Virus record (IMG/VR): IMGVR_UViG_2778261463_000012
Coordinates: 1 to 18,447 of that record
DNA length: 18,447 nucleotides
Reading direction: 5' to 3' (one strand)
DNA from: a virus
Taxonomy: Duplodnaviria; Heunggongvirae; Uroviricota; Caudoviricetes
This document shows positions 8,163 through 16,795 of the stretch, one piece after another. The number at the start of each line of letters is the position of its first letter. Positions within the stretch are counted from its first letter, which is position 1. A model generated the notes under the pieces. That model searched no databases. It was not told the DNA's origin and worked only from the letters and a program-made list of their open reading frames with translations. A program made the position numbers and the translations under genes.

Positions 8163-8663
8163 TCATTCCAGACGCAGCGAATATGATTGTGTTTTTAAGC
8201 GTACTGGCGGCAGTTCCTGTTTTTCATGCAGGCTTTCTGCCAGTTCGTCCGGCGTGACCGGGCGGACAATAAAACGGTTGATGGTCTGAAGCGTTTTAAA
8301 CACCAGACCACATCCCGGATCCGTGCACACATAAAAACGCTCGGTGACTTCCTGAGACAGACGCCGCGATGTTCTTGACAGTGCAAGGCCTTTACATCTC
8401 CGACAACAATATCCGGTAACAAGCATTCTTTTCGGGCGTTTCATACTGCCGGAGGCTGACGTCAGTGAATCGCGGTATCTCTGTTTGCCTGAAATGTATT
8501 CCATTCCTGAATCTTTACTGTCAGAGAAAAAGCTTTCACTCGCTTCAAATGTCGCAGAGCAATAAATATTCCGGCACTGTGCAATCATTATCTTGGTGCC
8601 ATCGTCCATGAAATGTGCGCGGCGGGTGTGAGCAACATGTCCACACGACGGGCAGTAAATCAT
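8163..8663 (-). CDS. delta: Delta, Ogr/Delta-family zinc-finger late transcriptional activator (166 aa from MIYCPSCGH)
   Basis: Ogr-like zinc-finger motifs (CPSCGH...QCRNIYCSATF, and a second CCRRC...CTDPGCG half), consistent with the duplicated-Ogr architecture of P4 Delta. The ORF track starts at 8720; I prefer the internal ATG at 8661-8663, giving 166 aa. Confidence 0.8.
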   Translation of the reverse strand: MIYCPSCGHVAHTRRAHFMDDGTKIMIAQCRNIYCSATFEASESFFSDSKDSGMEYISGKQRYRDSLTSASGSMKRPKRMLVTGYCCRRCKGLALSRTSRRLSQEVTERFYVCTDPGCGLVFKTLQTINRFIVRPVTPDELAESLHEKQELPPVRLKTQSYSLRLE

Positions 8664-8956
8664 GACAGCAGTCCTCTGGCCTTCAGCTCTGCTCCCTGCT
8701 GGTCTATTTTGTCCTGCCACACCTTGCGCTGTGCCGGTGTGCCTGCCACCTCATAATCCATGTGCGGGAGTGTTGCCGCTGACAGTCCGGCCAGCCGGAG
8801 AACCGGCTCGCCGCTGAGGCTGATTTGTATCTGTTTAATTTTCTGTTCCAGCGATGATTTCACCTGCTGCATGACAGCCTTTTCCGGTGCGACGTAGCCC
8901 TGATGGCCGGTGGTGTTGGCGAGCGGATTTTCCTGTACCAGAATGCTCAGATGCAT
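8660..8956 (-). pseudogene. sid: sid-like ORF, probably 5'-truncated (98 aa from its only ATG; frame open without a start up to a stop at 9116-9118)
   Basis: Occupies the position of sid directly upstream of and overlapping delta. My translation of the upstream frame finds no ATG/GTG/TTG before the stop at 9116-9118, so at most about 152 codons remain, against 244 aa for P4 Sid. Identity rests on position, not motif. Confidence 0.4.
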
Positions 8957-9489
8957 TGCCCGGACAAGCGCCTCACAGGTTTCATTCAGGGCGTGTTCCA
9001 GCTCATGCTCTGCATACAGACTCAGCAGGTGATGATGTGCCTTCCGGTATCCTTGTGCGTATCCTCGCTGACGGGCGCACCACAGACATCCCGCTGGGGC
9101 GTTTTCTGCGGGAATTTACCTGTGACCGTCCTGACCTGTTCAAACGCAGCCCCGTAAACCGGCATGCGGTACTGAAAGAAATGGCCGGAGACCCGGAATT
9201 ACAGAAATGGCGGGAGAAATATCTGGATATTTACCCGCAGGAGCCTGTTCCGGTCAGCCGGGAAGCACCGGTGGCGCGGGAATGGCGGGAAATTCCCCGC
9301 ACGGAGCCTGACCCGGAAATCACACCGGATAACAGTTACCGCAATTATCTGTAATTAAAAAACGACACCCGAAAAATTAAATGTGCGTATTCGCGCAGGG
9401 ATACGCACGTCTTCAGGAGACGCAGATATGCCTTATCAGTTAATGCAACCGGCACGGAATTCAGTCATCTGTCACAGGGAGGAAAGCAA

Positions 9490-9810
9490 ATGAAAACACC
9501 CTTACCGCCCGTCTTACGCGCTGCCCTTTACCGTCGCGCTGTCGCCTGTGCCTGGCTGACCGTGTGCGAACGTCAGCACCGCTACCCGCATCTCACCCTT
9601 GAGTCACTGGAGGCGGCCATCGCCGCTGAGCTGGAAGGCTTTTATCTGCGCCAGCACGGTGAGGAAAAAGGGCGTCAGATAGCCTGTGCCCTGCTGGAAG
9701 ATTTAATGGAATCCGGCCCCCTGAAGGCCGCGCCGTCGCTGTCCTTTCTCGGGCTGGTTGTGATGGATGAACTCTGTGCCCGTCACATAAAAGCGCCGGT
9801 ACTGCACTGA
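9490..9810 (+). CDS. small conserved protein upstream of alpha (106 aa)
   Basis: GGAGG at 9479-9483 precedes ATG 9490. GC-rich codon usage like the P4 backbone; ends 15 nt before the alpha start. In P4 a small ORF occupies the equivalent position; exact identity not verified. Confidence 0.55.
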
Positions 9811-9824
9811 AGGAGAACAACACC

Positions 9825-12158
9825 ATGAAAATGAACGTAACCGCCACCGTCAGCCATGCGCTCGGCCACTGGCCGCGTATTCTCCCGGCGCTGGGGATTC
9901 AGGTGCTGAAGAACCGTCATCAGCCCTGTCCGGTCTGTGGCGGGAGTGACCGCTTCCGTTTTGATGACAGGGAGGGGCGCGGCACCTGGTACTGCAATCA
10001 GTGTGGTGCCGGTGACGGCCTGAAACTGGTTGAAAAGGTGTTTGGTGTCTCCCCGTCCGACGCGGCCGCAAAAGTGGCTGCCGTGACCGGCAGCCTGCCC
10101 CCGGCTGACCCGGCAGTGACGGCTGCCGCCGGTGCTGAAACAGACGCTGCCCGGAAGAACGCAGCCGCACTGGCACAAACCCTGATGGCGAAAACCTGTC
10201 CCGGAACCGGTAACGCCTACCTGACCCGCAAGGGCTTTCCCGGCCGGGAATGCCGGATGCTGACCGGCACACACAGAGCCGGTGGCGTGAGCTGGCGCGC
10301 CGGTGACCTTGTGGTGCCACTGTATGACGACAGCGGCGAACTGGTTAACCTTCAGTTAATCAGTGCTGACGGCCGTAAGCGCACTCTGAAAGGCGGACAG
10401 GTCAGGGGCACCTGTCACACCTTTGAAGGACAGAATCAGGCCGGAAAACGTCTGTGGATAGCGGAGGGATACGCGACCGCACTTACCGTGCATCACCTGA
10501 CCGGTGAAACGGTGATGGTGGCGCTTTCTTCCGTGAACCTCCTTTCTCTGGCCAGCCTTGCCCGGCAGAAGTATCCGGCCTGTCAGATTGTCCTTGCCGC
10601 AGACCGTGACCTCAGCGGTGACGGCCAGACAAAAGCCGCCGCAGCCGCAGATGCGTGTGAGGGCGTTGTTGCCCTGCCGCCGGTCTTCGGTGACTGGAAT
10701 GATGCCTTCACGCAGTACGGCGGGGAGGCCACCCGTAAGGCCATTTACGATGCCATCCGGCCACCGGCTGAAAGCCCGTTCGACACCATGAGCGAAGCGG
10801 AGTTTTCCGCCATGAGTACCAGCGAAAAGGCCATGCGTATCTATGAGCATTACGGCGAGGCGCTCGCGGTCGATGCCAACGGCCAGCTTCTGTCCCGCTA
10901 TGAAAATGGTGTCTGGAAGGTGCTGCCGCCACAGGACTTTGCCCGGGATGTGGCCGGGCTGTTTCAGCGTCTGCGCGCGCCGTTCTCCTCCGGGAAGGTG
11001 GCCTCCGTGGTGGACACCCTGAAGCTGATTATTCCGCAGCAGGAAGCCCCCTCCCGCCGCCTGATTGGCTTTCGTAACGGCGTGCTCGACACGCAGAACG
11101 GCACGTTCCACCCGCACAGTCCGTCACACTGGATGCGCACCCTGTGCGATGTGGATTTCACCCCGCCGGTGGACGGTGAAACGCTGGAGACCCACGCCCC
11201 CGCGTTCTGGCGCTGGCTTGACCGTGCCGCCGGTGGCCGTGCGGAAAAACGCGACGTGATTCTGGCCGCACTGTTTATGGTGCTGGCGAACCGCTACGAC
11301 TGGCAGCTCTTTCTGGAGGTGACCGGTCCCGGCGGCAGCGGCAAAAGTATCATGGCCGAAATAGCCACCCTGCTGGCCGGGGAGGATAACGCCACGTCGG
11401 CCACCATCGAGACGCTGGAATCCCCGCGTGAACGTGCCGCGTTAACTGGCTTCTCACTGATACGCCTGCCGGACCAGGAAAAATGGAGCGGCGACGGTGC
11501 CGGACTCAAGGCCATCACCGGCGGCGATGCGGTGTCCGTGGACCCGAAATACCGGGATGCGTACTCCACGCATATCCCGGCGGTGATTCTGGCCGTGAAC
11601 AATAACCCGATGCGCTTCACCGACCGCAGCGGCGGCGTGTCACGCCGGCGGGTGATTATTCACTTCCCGGAACAGATAGCCCCGCAGGAGCGCGACCCGC
11701 AGCTTAAGGACAAAATCACCCGCGAGCTGGCGGTCATCGTGCGTCACCTGATGCAGAAGTTCAGCGACCCGATGCTCGCCCGGTCACTGCTTCAGTCCCA
11801 GCAGAACTCAGACGAGGCACTGAACATCAAACGGGATGCCGACCCGACGTTTGATTTTATCGGCTATCTGGAAACCCTGCCGCAGACCAGCGGCATGTAT
11901 ATGGGGAACGCCAGTATCATCCCGCGCAATTACCGTAAATACCTCTATCACGCCTATCTGGCCTACATGGAGGCAAACGGCTACCGGAATGTACTCAGCC
12001 TGAAAATGTTCGGGCTGGGGCTGCCGGTGATGCTGAAGGAATACGGACTGAATTACGAGAAGCGCCATACCAAACAGGGGATACAGACCAACCTGACGCT
12101 GAAAGAGGAAAGCTACGGCGACTGGCTGCCAAAATGTGACGACCCTGCAACAACCTGA
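9825..12158 (+). CDS. alpha: P4 alpha-type primase-helicase (777 aa)
   Basis: N-terminal zinc-binding motif (CPVCGGSDRFRF...WYCNQCGAGDG), a TOPRIM-like primase region (LWIAEGYATALT...VLAADRDLSGDGQ) and a Walker A box (TGPGGSGKS) of a C-terminal helicase domain. Length equals that of P4 alpha; followed by terminator and crr repeats. Confidence 0.9.
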   Translation: MKMNVTATVSHALGHWPRILPALGIQVLKNRHQPCPVCGGSDRFRFDDREGRGTWYCNQCGAGDGLKLVEKVFGVSPSDAAAKVAAVTGSLPPADPAVTAAAGAETDAARKNAAALAQTLMAKTCPGTGNAYLTRKGFPGRECRMLTGTHRAGGVSWRAGDLVVPLYDDSGELVNLQLISADGRKRTLKGGQVRGTCHTFEGQNQAGKRLWIAEGYATALTVHHLTGETVMVALSSVNLLSLASLARQKYPACQIVLAADRDLSGDGQTKAAAAADACEGVVALPPVFGDWNDAFTQYGGEATRKAIYDAIRPPAESPFDTMSEAEFSAMSTSEKAMRIYEHYGEALAVDANGQLLSRYENGVWKVLPPQDFARDVAGLFQRLRAPFSSGKVASVVDTLKLIIPQQEAPSRRLIGFRNGVLDTQNGTFHPHSPSHWMRTLCDVDFTPPVDGETLETHAPAFWRWLDRAAGGRAEKRDVILAALFMVLANRYDWQLFLEVTGPGGSGKSIMAEIATLLAGEDNATSATIETLESPRERAALTGFSLIRLPDQEKWSGDGAGLKAITGGDAVSVDPKYRDAYSTHIPAVILAVNNNPMRFTDRSGGVSRRRVIIHFPEQIAPQERDPQLKDKITRELAVIVRHLMQKFSDPMLARSLLQSQQNSDEALNIKRDADPTFDFIGYLETLPQTSGMYMGNASIIPRNYRKYLYHAYLAYMEANGYRNVLSLKMFGLGLPVMLKEYGLNYEKRHTKQGIQTNLTLKEESYGDWLPKCDDPATT

Positions 12159-12174
12159 CCATCATGACTCATCT

Positions 12175-12199
12175 GACCGGCATCTGCCGGTCTTTTTTT
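12175..12199 (+). terminator. rho-independent terminator of alpha
   Basis: Stem GACCGG (12175-12180) / CCGGTC (12187-12192) followed by TTTTTTT (12193-12199). Confidence 0.6.
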
Positions 12200-12216
12200 A
12201 TCCCTGAATTCCCCGA

Positions 12217-12515
12217 AGGTGAACAATCCACTGTTCACCCTTCACCGTATATTCACCCGTTATCACACTGAAATTAAAAGAGAAAAACGAAAGGTGAACA
12301 GTGTGAACAATCAAATCAAAAAAAACTTTTTTTCTCCCTGTGTGATTTCAGTACGGGGGATTAATCACCGGTATGAGTCACACCGGCAGAATGCCGGAGG
12401 TGAAGAATCGAATGTTCACCCTTCACCCATTATTCACCACCTATCACTCTGAAATAAAAGGAGAAAATCAAAGAGTGAACAGTGTGAACAGTTCTTTCGA
12501 AAAAAAATTTTTTTC
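12217..12515. repeat. crr-like region: two direct repeats of about 120 bp about 60 bp apart, carrying TGTTCACC/GGTGAACA iterons
   Basis: Unit 1 about 12217-12335 and unit 2 about 12398-12515 align almost base for base (e.g. ATGTTCACCCTTCACC... and ...GTGAACAGTGTGAACA... followed by A-run/T-run). This matches the P4 crr organisation and the alpha-binding octamer TGTTCACC. Confidence 0.7.
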
Positions 12516-12577
12516 CTGTACGATATAGCATCAATCCAAGTAAAAATGCGCTTTCATTTCACATTAACTTACAGCCA

Positions 12578-12599
12578 TTGGTATACGATTAGGTATACG
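12578..12599. promoter_or_regulatory. single copy of the GGTATACG-containing arm repeat (candidate Int arm-type site) near the right end of the P4-like element
   Basis: TTGGTATACGATTAGGTATACG differs by one base from the left arm at 4327-4348. Confidence 0.35.
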
Positions 12600-12652
12600 C
12601 ACAAAAACTGAATTAAACAAAATCGTTAAAAATCAAAGCGATACAATATTTA

Positions 12653-12674
12653 TTCAAACTCCGCCAGCCCACCA
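12653..12674 (+). other. degenerate second copy of the tmRNA 3'-end att core (TTCAAACTCCGCCAGCCCACCA)
   Basis: Related to 4192-4214 with a few substitutions/indels, ending in CCA, followed by the same type of terminator and by a second P4-type integrase gene. Confidence 0.55.
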
Positions 12675-12710
12675 ATTTTTGATATATTGAAGTTCAGTGA
12701 AGTCTATCAA

Positions 12711-12742
12711 GCCCGCATGGAACCAGCCTTGCGGGCTTTTTT
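12711..12742 (+). terminator. rho-independent terminator (ssrA-type) after second att core
   Basis: Stem GCCCGCA (12711-12717) / TGCGGGC (12730-12736) followed by TTTTTT (12737-12742); near-identical to the stem at 4251-4277. Confidence 0.55.
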
Positions 12743-12840
12743 ACGTCTATAGTAGTCTACCGAGAATTGCTAGAATCTACTCGTTATGGCACCCTTTTTG
12801 GGACCCAACACAAAGGGTCCAAAACATGAGGGTCCCAAAC

Positions 12841-14070
12841 ATGGCAAAAATCGCTAAGAAGCTCACTGACACTGAAATCAAAAGCACCAAACCTGCCGAG
12901 AAAGAGGTTAACCTTTTTGACGGCGATGGTTTGCTCCTGCGAATCGCCCCCTTAGCGAAGGGAGGAAAGAAAAATTGGTATTTCAGATATGCAGTGCCTG
13001 TGACCAAAAAGCGAACTAAGGTGAGCTTAGGAACCTATCCTCACCTTACACTTGCGAAGGCACGAGCTTTACGTGATGAGTACTTGTCGTTGCTTGCAAA
13101 TGGTATAGACCCACAAGTTCATAACACCCACAAAGCCAATGCCCTTAAGGATGCAACGGAACATACATTTCAAGCAGTAGCCAAGAAGTGGCTTGATGAG
13201 AAAGTCAAAACGTCAGGCATCTCCCAGGATCATGCTAACGACATCTGGCGAAGCCTAGAGAGAAATATCTTTCCAACGTTGGGTGATACCCCCATTAAGG
13301 AGATTCGCCCTAAAATGCTTAAACAGCATTTAGACCCCATAGAAAAACGAGGTGTCCTTGAAACACTTCGCCGCGTCATATCCCGCCTGAATGAAATTTT
13401 CCGCTATGCAGCAACAGAAGAACTCATAGAATTCAATCCGGCTGACAACCTGGGGCAACGGTTCAGCAAGCCAAAAAAACAGAATATGCCAGCATTACCC
13501 CCTTCCGAACTCCCCCGCTTCCTGGTTGCTCTAAACAATGCTTCTATCCGTTTAGAAACAAGGCTACTGATTGAGTGGCAACTTCTCACATGGGTTCGCC
13601 CTGGTGAAGCTGTTCGCACAAGATGGTCAGATATTGATATAGAAACCAGCATGTGGAACATCCCGGCGGAGTTTATGAAAATGAAGAAGCCTCACAAAGT
13701 TCCACTGAGCAAAGAATCTTTGCGAGTCTTGGATTCAATGAAAGCCATCAGCGGGCATAGAGAGTGGGTTTTTCCCAGTATCAAAGCTCCACTCAATCAC
13801 ATGCATGAACAAACAGCTAATGCGGCTATAATCCGTATGGGCTTCGGAGGTGAGCTTGTAGCTCATGGTATGCGATCAATCGCTAGAACGGCGGCTGAGG
13901 AGTGTGGCAAGTTTAGAACTGATGTCTTAGAAGCCGCCCTTGCCCACTCGAAAAAAGATGAAATAATTGCAGCCTACAATCGTGCAGAGTATCTCACAGA
14001 ACGTGTGGTTCTCATGCAATGGTGGAGTGACTATGTTTCGTCTCAAAAATACAAAGTTATTGCCGCATAA
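12841..14070 (+). CDS. int: P4-type tyrosine integrase, second copy (409 aa from MAKIAKKL)
   Basis: The ORF is open from 12697, but the N-terminus MAKIAKKLTDTEIKSTKPAEKEVNLFDGDGLLLRI aligns with the start of the integrase at 4399, and GAGGG precedes ATG 12841. C-terminal catalytic region HGMRSIARTAAEE...ALAHSKKDEIIAAYNRAEY. Paralog of the 4399-5598 integrase, clearly diverged. Confidence 0.85.
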   Translation: MAKIAKKLTDTEIKSTKPAEKEVNLFDGDGLLLRIAPLAKGGKKNWYFRYAVPVTKKRTKVSLGTYPHLTLAKARALRDEYLSLLANGIDPQVHNTHKANALKDATEHTFQAVAKKWLDEKVKTSGISQDHANDIWRSLERNIFPTLGDTPIKEIRPKMLKQHLDPIEKRGVLETLRRVISRLNEIFRYAATEELIEFNPADNLGQRFSKPKKQNMPALPPSELPRFLVALNNASIRLETRLLIEWQLLTWVRPGEAVRTRWSDIDIETSMWNIPAEFMKMKKPHKVPLSKESLRVLDSMKAISGHREWVFPSIKAPLNHMHEQTANAAIIRMGFGGELVAHGMRSIARTAAEECGKFRTDVLEAALAHSKKDEIIAAYNRAEYLTERVVLMQWWSDYVSSQKYKVIAA

Positions 14071-14352
14071 CTCTTCCATGATGGGTTAACTATCTTGATT
14101 TATTTGAAGAATTAATGATCACACCATTAACCTATGTGGACTAAGCATAGCCATTTACAAATGGGTACCTTGAGGCCACATAACGAAAGCTGTCGGTCAT
14201 ATCAGCTAAATAATTCACATCTCTTCTCGATTATCATACACCTCGAAGAACTACCAAATTCGCTCTAATCAATGATAAAACAGTTGAATTCGGTTAAAAT
14301 TTGATCAATTTTATCCTCTACATTGTATTGAATCATCCATGAGGTTTTGTGC

Positions 14353-15909
14353 ATGGCTAGCGGAAATGAAAAAAATCATAGAGTTAGGGTCGCACAGTAC
14401 TTGAGGATGTCTACCGACCATCAGCAATATTCTTTACATAATCAGTCTGAATATATCAAAGATTATGCTGAAAAGAACAATATGGAAATCGCTTATACCT
14501 ACGATGATGCAGGTAAGAGCGGAGTCAGTATCGTAGGCAGGCATTCTTTGCAGCAGTTACTTAGCGATGTAGAACAAAAGAAAATAGATATACAGGCTGT
14601 ATTATTTTATGATGTGAGCCGTTTTGGTCGTTTTCAAAATAGTGATGAAGCTGCATATTATTCCTTTCTATTTGAAAGAAATGGTGTAGATCTTATATAT
14701 TGTTCCGAACCTATACCCACTAAAGATTTCCCTTTAGAGTCCTCTGTTATACTGAATATAAAAAGATCAAGTGCTGCATATCACAGCAGGAATCTATCTG
14801 AAAAGGTATTTATAGGGCAAGTAAATTTAATAAAGCTTGGTTATCATCAAGGCGGTATGGCTGGTTATGGGCTGAGACGTCTTTTAGTAGACGAAAATGG
14901 CATAGCTAAAGAAATATTGAATTTCCGCAAAAGAAAGAGTATTCAAACAGATAGGGTAATATTAATTCCGGGACCAAAAAATGAAATAAAAATTGTAAAT
15001 AGAATCTATGATCTCTTTATAGATAGTAACGTCCCAGAATTCATTATTGCTGAGAGATTAAATGAACAGAGCATACCTGCAGAAAATGGAACATCATGGA
15101 CTCGTGCAAAAATACATCAAATTTTGACAAATGAAAAATATATTGGAAACAACATATATAACAAAACCTCATCTAAACTAAAAAGTAAGCTTGTAAAAAA
15201 CCCCAAACATGAATGGATTAGATGTGACAAGGCATATAAACCAATTATTTCAAAGAAAAAATATAATAAAGCTCAAGAAATAATTCAGCTCCGATCCATT
15301 CATTTGACTAATGAAGATCTATTAGAAAAGCTAAAAGAAAAATTAGAATCTAATGGAAAACTATCAGGCTTTATCATTGATGAAGATGATACAGGCCCTT
15401 CATCTTCTGTTTATAGAACCCGATTTGGTGGTCTTTTAAGAGCATATACTTTGATTGGTTATAAGCCAGAACATGATTACAGCTATCTCCAAATAAATGA
15501 AGCACTAAGATCATTTTACTCAGAGATAATTGAGGATTTTAAGGGCGAAATATTAAAAAGTAACTGTCATATAGACGAGTATAAATATTACCCAATGCTT
15601 TACATCAATGATGAGTTTTTAATTTCCGTCCTTGTTACTAAATGCATACATATGAAATCAGGTAAACTTAGATGGAAAGTCCGGTTTGATAACTCACAGA
15701 AAGCAGACATAACAATTGTTATACGAATGAATTCACAAAATATTTCACCTCTTGATTTTTATATCATACCAAAGATTGAAAACGAATATAGTAAAATGTG
15801 TATGATGGAAACAAACAACATTCGGTTAGATCTCTATAGATTTGATAATCTTGATAAATTTCTACAAATTATTACTCGCATGAAAGTGAGGGAACTATAT
15901 GCTGCCTGA
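14353..15909 (+). CDS. large serine recombinase (about 518 aa)
   Basis: N-terminal resolvase-type catalytic domain (VAQYLRMSTDHQ with the presumptive catalytic Ser; YDDAGKSG; DVSRFGR) and a recombinase domain (GYGLRR...SWTRAKIHQILTNEKYIGN), then a long C-terminal extension. GAGG at 14341-14344 precedes ATG 14353 (ORF track starts at TTG 14347). Very AT-rich. Confidence 0.8.
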   Translation: MASGNEKNHRVRVAQYLRMSTDHQQYSLHNQSEYIKDYAEKNNMEIAYTYDDAGKSGVSIVGRHSLQQLLSDVEQKKIDIQAVLFYDVSRFGRFQNSDEAAYYSFLFERNGVDLIYCSEPIPTKDFPLESSVILNIKRSSAAYHSRNLSEKVFIGQVNLIKLGYHQGGMAGYGLRRLLVDENGIAKEILNFRKRKSIQTDRVILIPGPKNEIKIVNRIYDLFIDSNVPEFIIAERLNEQSIPAENGTSWTRAKIHQILTNEKYIGNNIYNKTSSKLKSKLVKNPKHEWIRCDKAYKPIISKKKYNKAQEIIQLRSIHLTNEDLLEKLKEKLESNGKLSGFIIDEDDTGPSSSVYRTRFGGLLRAYTLIGYKPEHDYSYLQINEALRSFYSEIIEDFKGEILKSNCHIDEYKYYPMLYINDEFLISVLVTKCIHMKSGKLRWKVRFDNSQKADITIVIRMNSQNISPLDFYIIPKIENEYSKMCMMETNNIRLDLYRFDNLDKFLQIITRMKVRELYAA

Positions 15910-16795
15910 AAAAAATGAATTCCCAATAATTCAAATTGAGATTGCAAAAATAAAATTTCTTAACCCACGAACAAGAAATAAGGTAGTGCATGAAGAAATA
16001 AAGGAAAGCATAAAAAAAAGAGGATTAAGCAAGCCTATAAGCGTAAGAGCTATTGATGAAGACGATTTCAAATATGCTTTAATTTGTGGTCAAGGGAGAA
16101 TAGAGGCTCTTGTTGCATTAGGTGAAACTATTATTCCAGCAATTATAAGAGATGTATCAGAAGAAGATGCTTACGTTATGAGTTTAGTTGAAAACATTGC
16201 AAGGAGAAGACCACGTTCTAATGAGTTATTACAGGTGATTAAAGACATGAAAATCAGAGGACTTTCAGACTCCGAAATAAGTGAGATTACTGGATATTCA
16301 TCGAACTGGGTGAGCAGTATTAATATGCTTCTTGATAAGGGAGAGCATAAACTTCTCTCAGCAGTCGAACGGGGTAATTTGCCTCTGTATCTCGCAGTGC
16401 AATTTGCAAGATGTGAAACTGAGGAAGCACAAGATATTCTTACCGAAGCATATGATAAAAAATTAATAAAAAGTCGGGACATTATAAAGATAAAATACAT
16501 TCTAAATCAAAGAACAGTTGGGAATAAAGGTGCAAAAGCAGCCGGATTTTATTATCACAAACCATCAAAAAGGATGACTGCAGAGGAGTTGATTGAGCTT
16601 TATGAAAATAGTATCGCTGAACATAAATCTGTTTATAACAACTCGAAATTTATAAAAACCAATCTACTAATAATAAATGAGATTTTTAACATCATAATGA
16701 TGAATAAAAGCTTTCAAAATATACTTGAACAAGAGAATCTTTCAGAACTACCATCTCAGATATTAAACCCAGTAAACAAAGAGGTATCAAAATGA
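15899..16795 (+). CDS. ParB/Srx-superfamily (ParB N-terminal domain-like) protein, paralog 1 (298 aa)
   Basis: ParB-like N-terminal motifs (PISVRAIDEDDFKYALICGQGRIEAL; ENIARR). Start overlaps the recombinase stop by 11 nt; RBS GTGAGGGA. Confidence 0.7.
   Translation: MLPEKNEFPIIQIEIAKIKFLNPRTRNKVVHEEIKESIKKRGLSKPISVRAIDEDDFKYALICGQGRIEALVALGETIIPAIIRDVSEEDAYVMSLVENIARRRPRSNELLQVIKDMKIRGLSDSEISEITGYSSNWVSSINMLLDKGEHKLLSAVERGNLPLYLAVQFARCETEEAQDILTEAYDKKLIKSRDIIKIKYILNQRTVGNKGAKAAGFYYHKPSKRMTAEELIELYENSIAEHKSVYNNSKFIKTNLLIINEIFNIIMMNKSFQNILEQENLSELPSQILNPVNKEVSK

Noticed and set aside
8887-9354. 155-codon plus-strand ORF as a confident gene
   Set aside because: Its 5' half is antisense to the sid-like frame and its translation there is low-complexity; only the 3' part (from about 9181) looks protein-like. 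Kept as a finding, not annotated as a feature.
9593-12068. Many ORFs of 64-253 codons antisense to or out of frame within the alpha primase gene (e.g. 9783-10274, 9850-10320, 10356-11117, 10558-10791, 10708-10932, 10964-11161, 11065-11259, 11294-11620, 11808-12068)
   Set aside because: GC-rich coding sequence produces long open frames on the other strand and in other frames; they lie entirely within a well-supported 777-aa gene and lack RBS context. Their translations are Arg/Pro/Gly-rich, low-complexity artefacts.
12219-12452. 77-codon ORF across the crr repeats
   Set aside because: Lies entirely within the iteron-bearing direct repeats; the repetitive sequence explains the open frame.
12217-12515. 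Possible CRISPR array
   Set aside because: Only two copies of a long (about 120 bp) repeat with one roughly 60-bp spacer, with internal TGTTCACC iterons; this matches P4 crr, not a CRISPR repeat-spacer array.
12697-12840. N-terminal extension of the second integrase (ORF track start at 12697)
   Set aside because: The extension runs through the att core and terminator hairpin; alignment with the first P4-type integrase and the RBS support the start at 12841.
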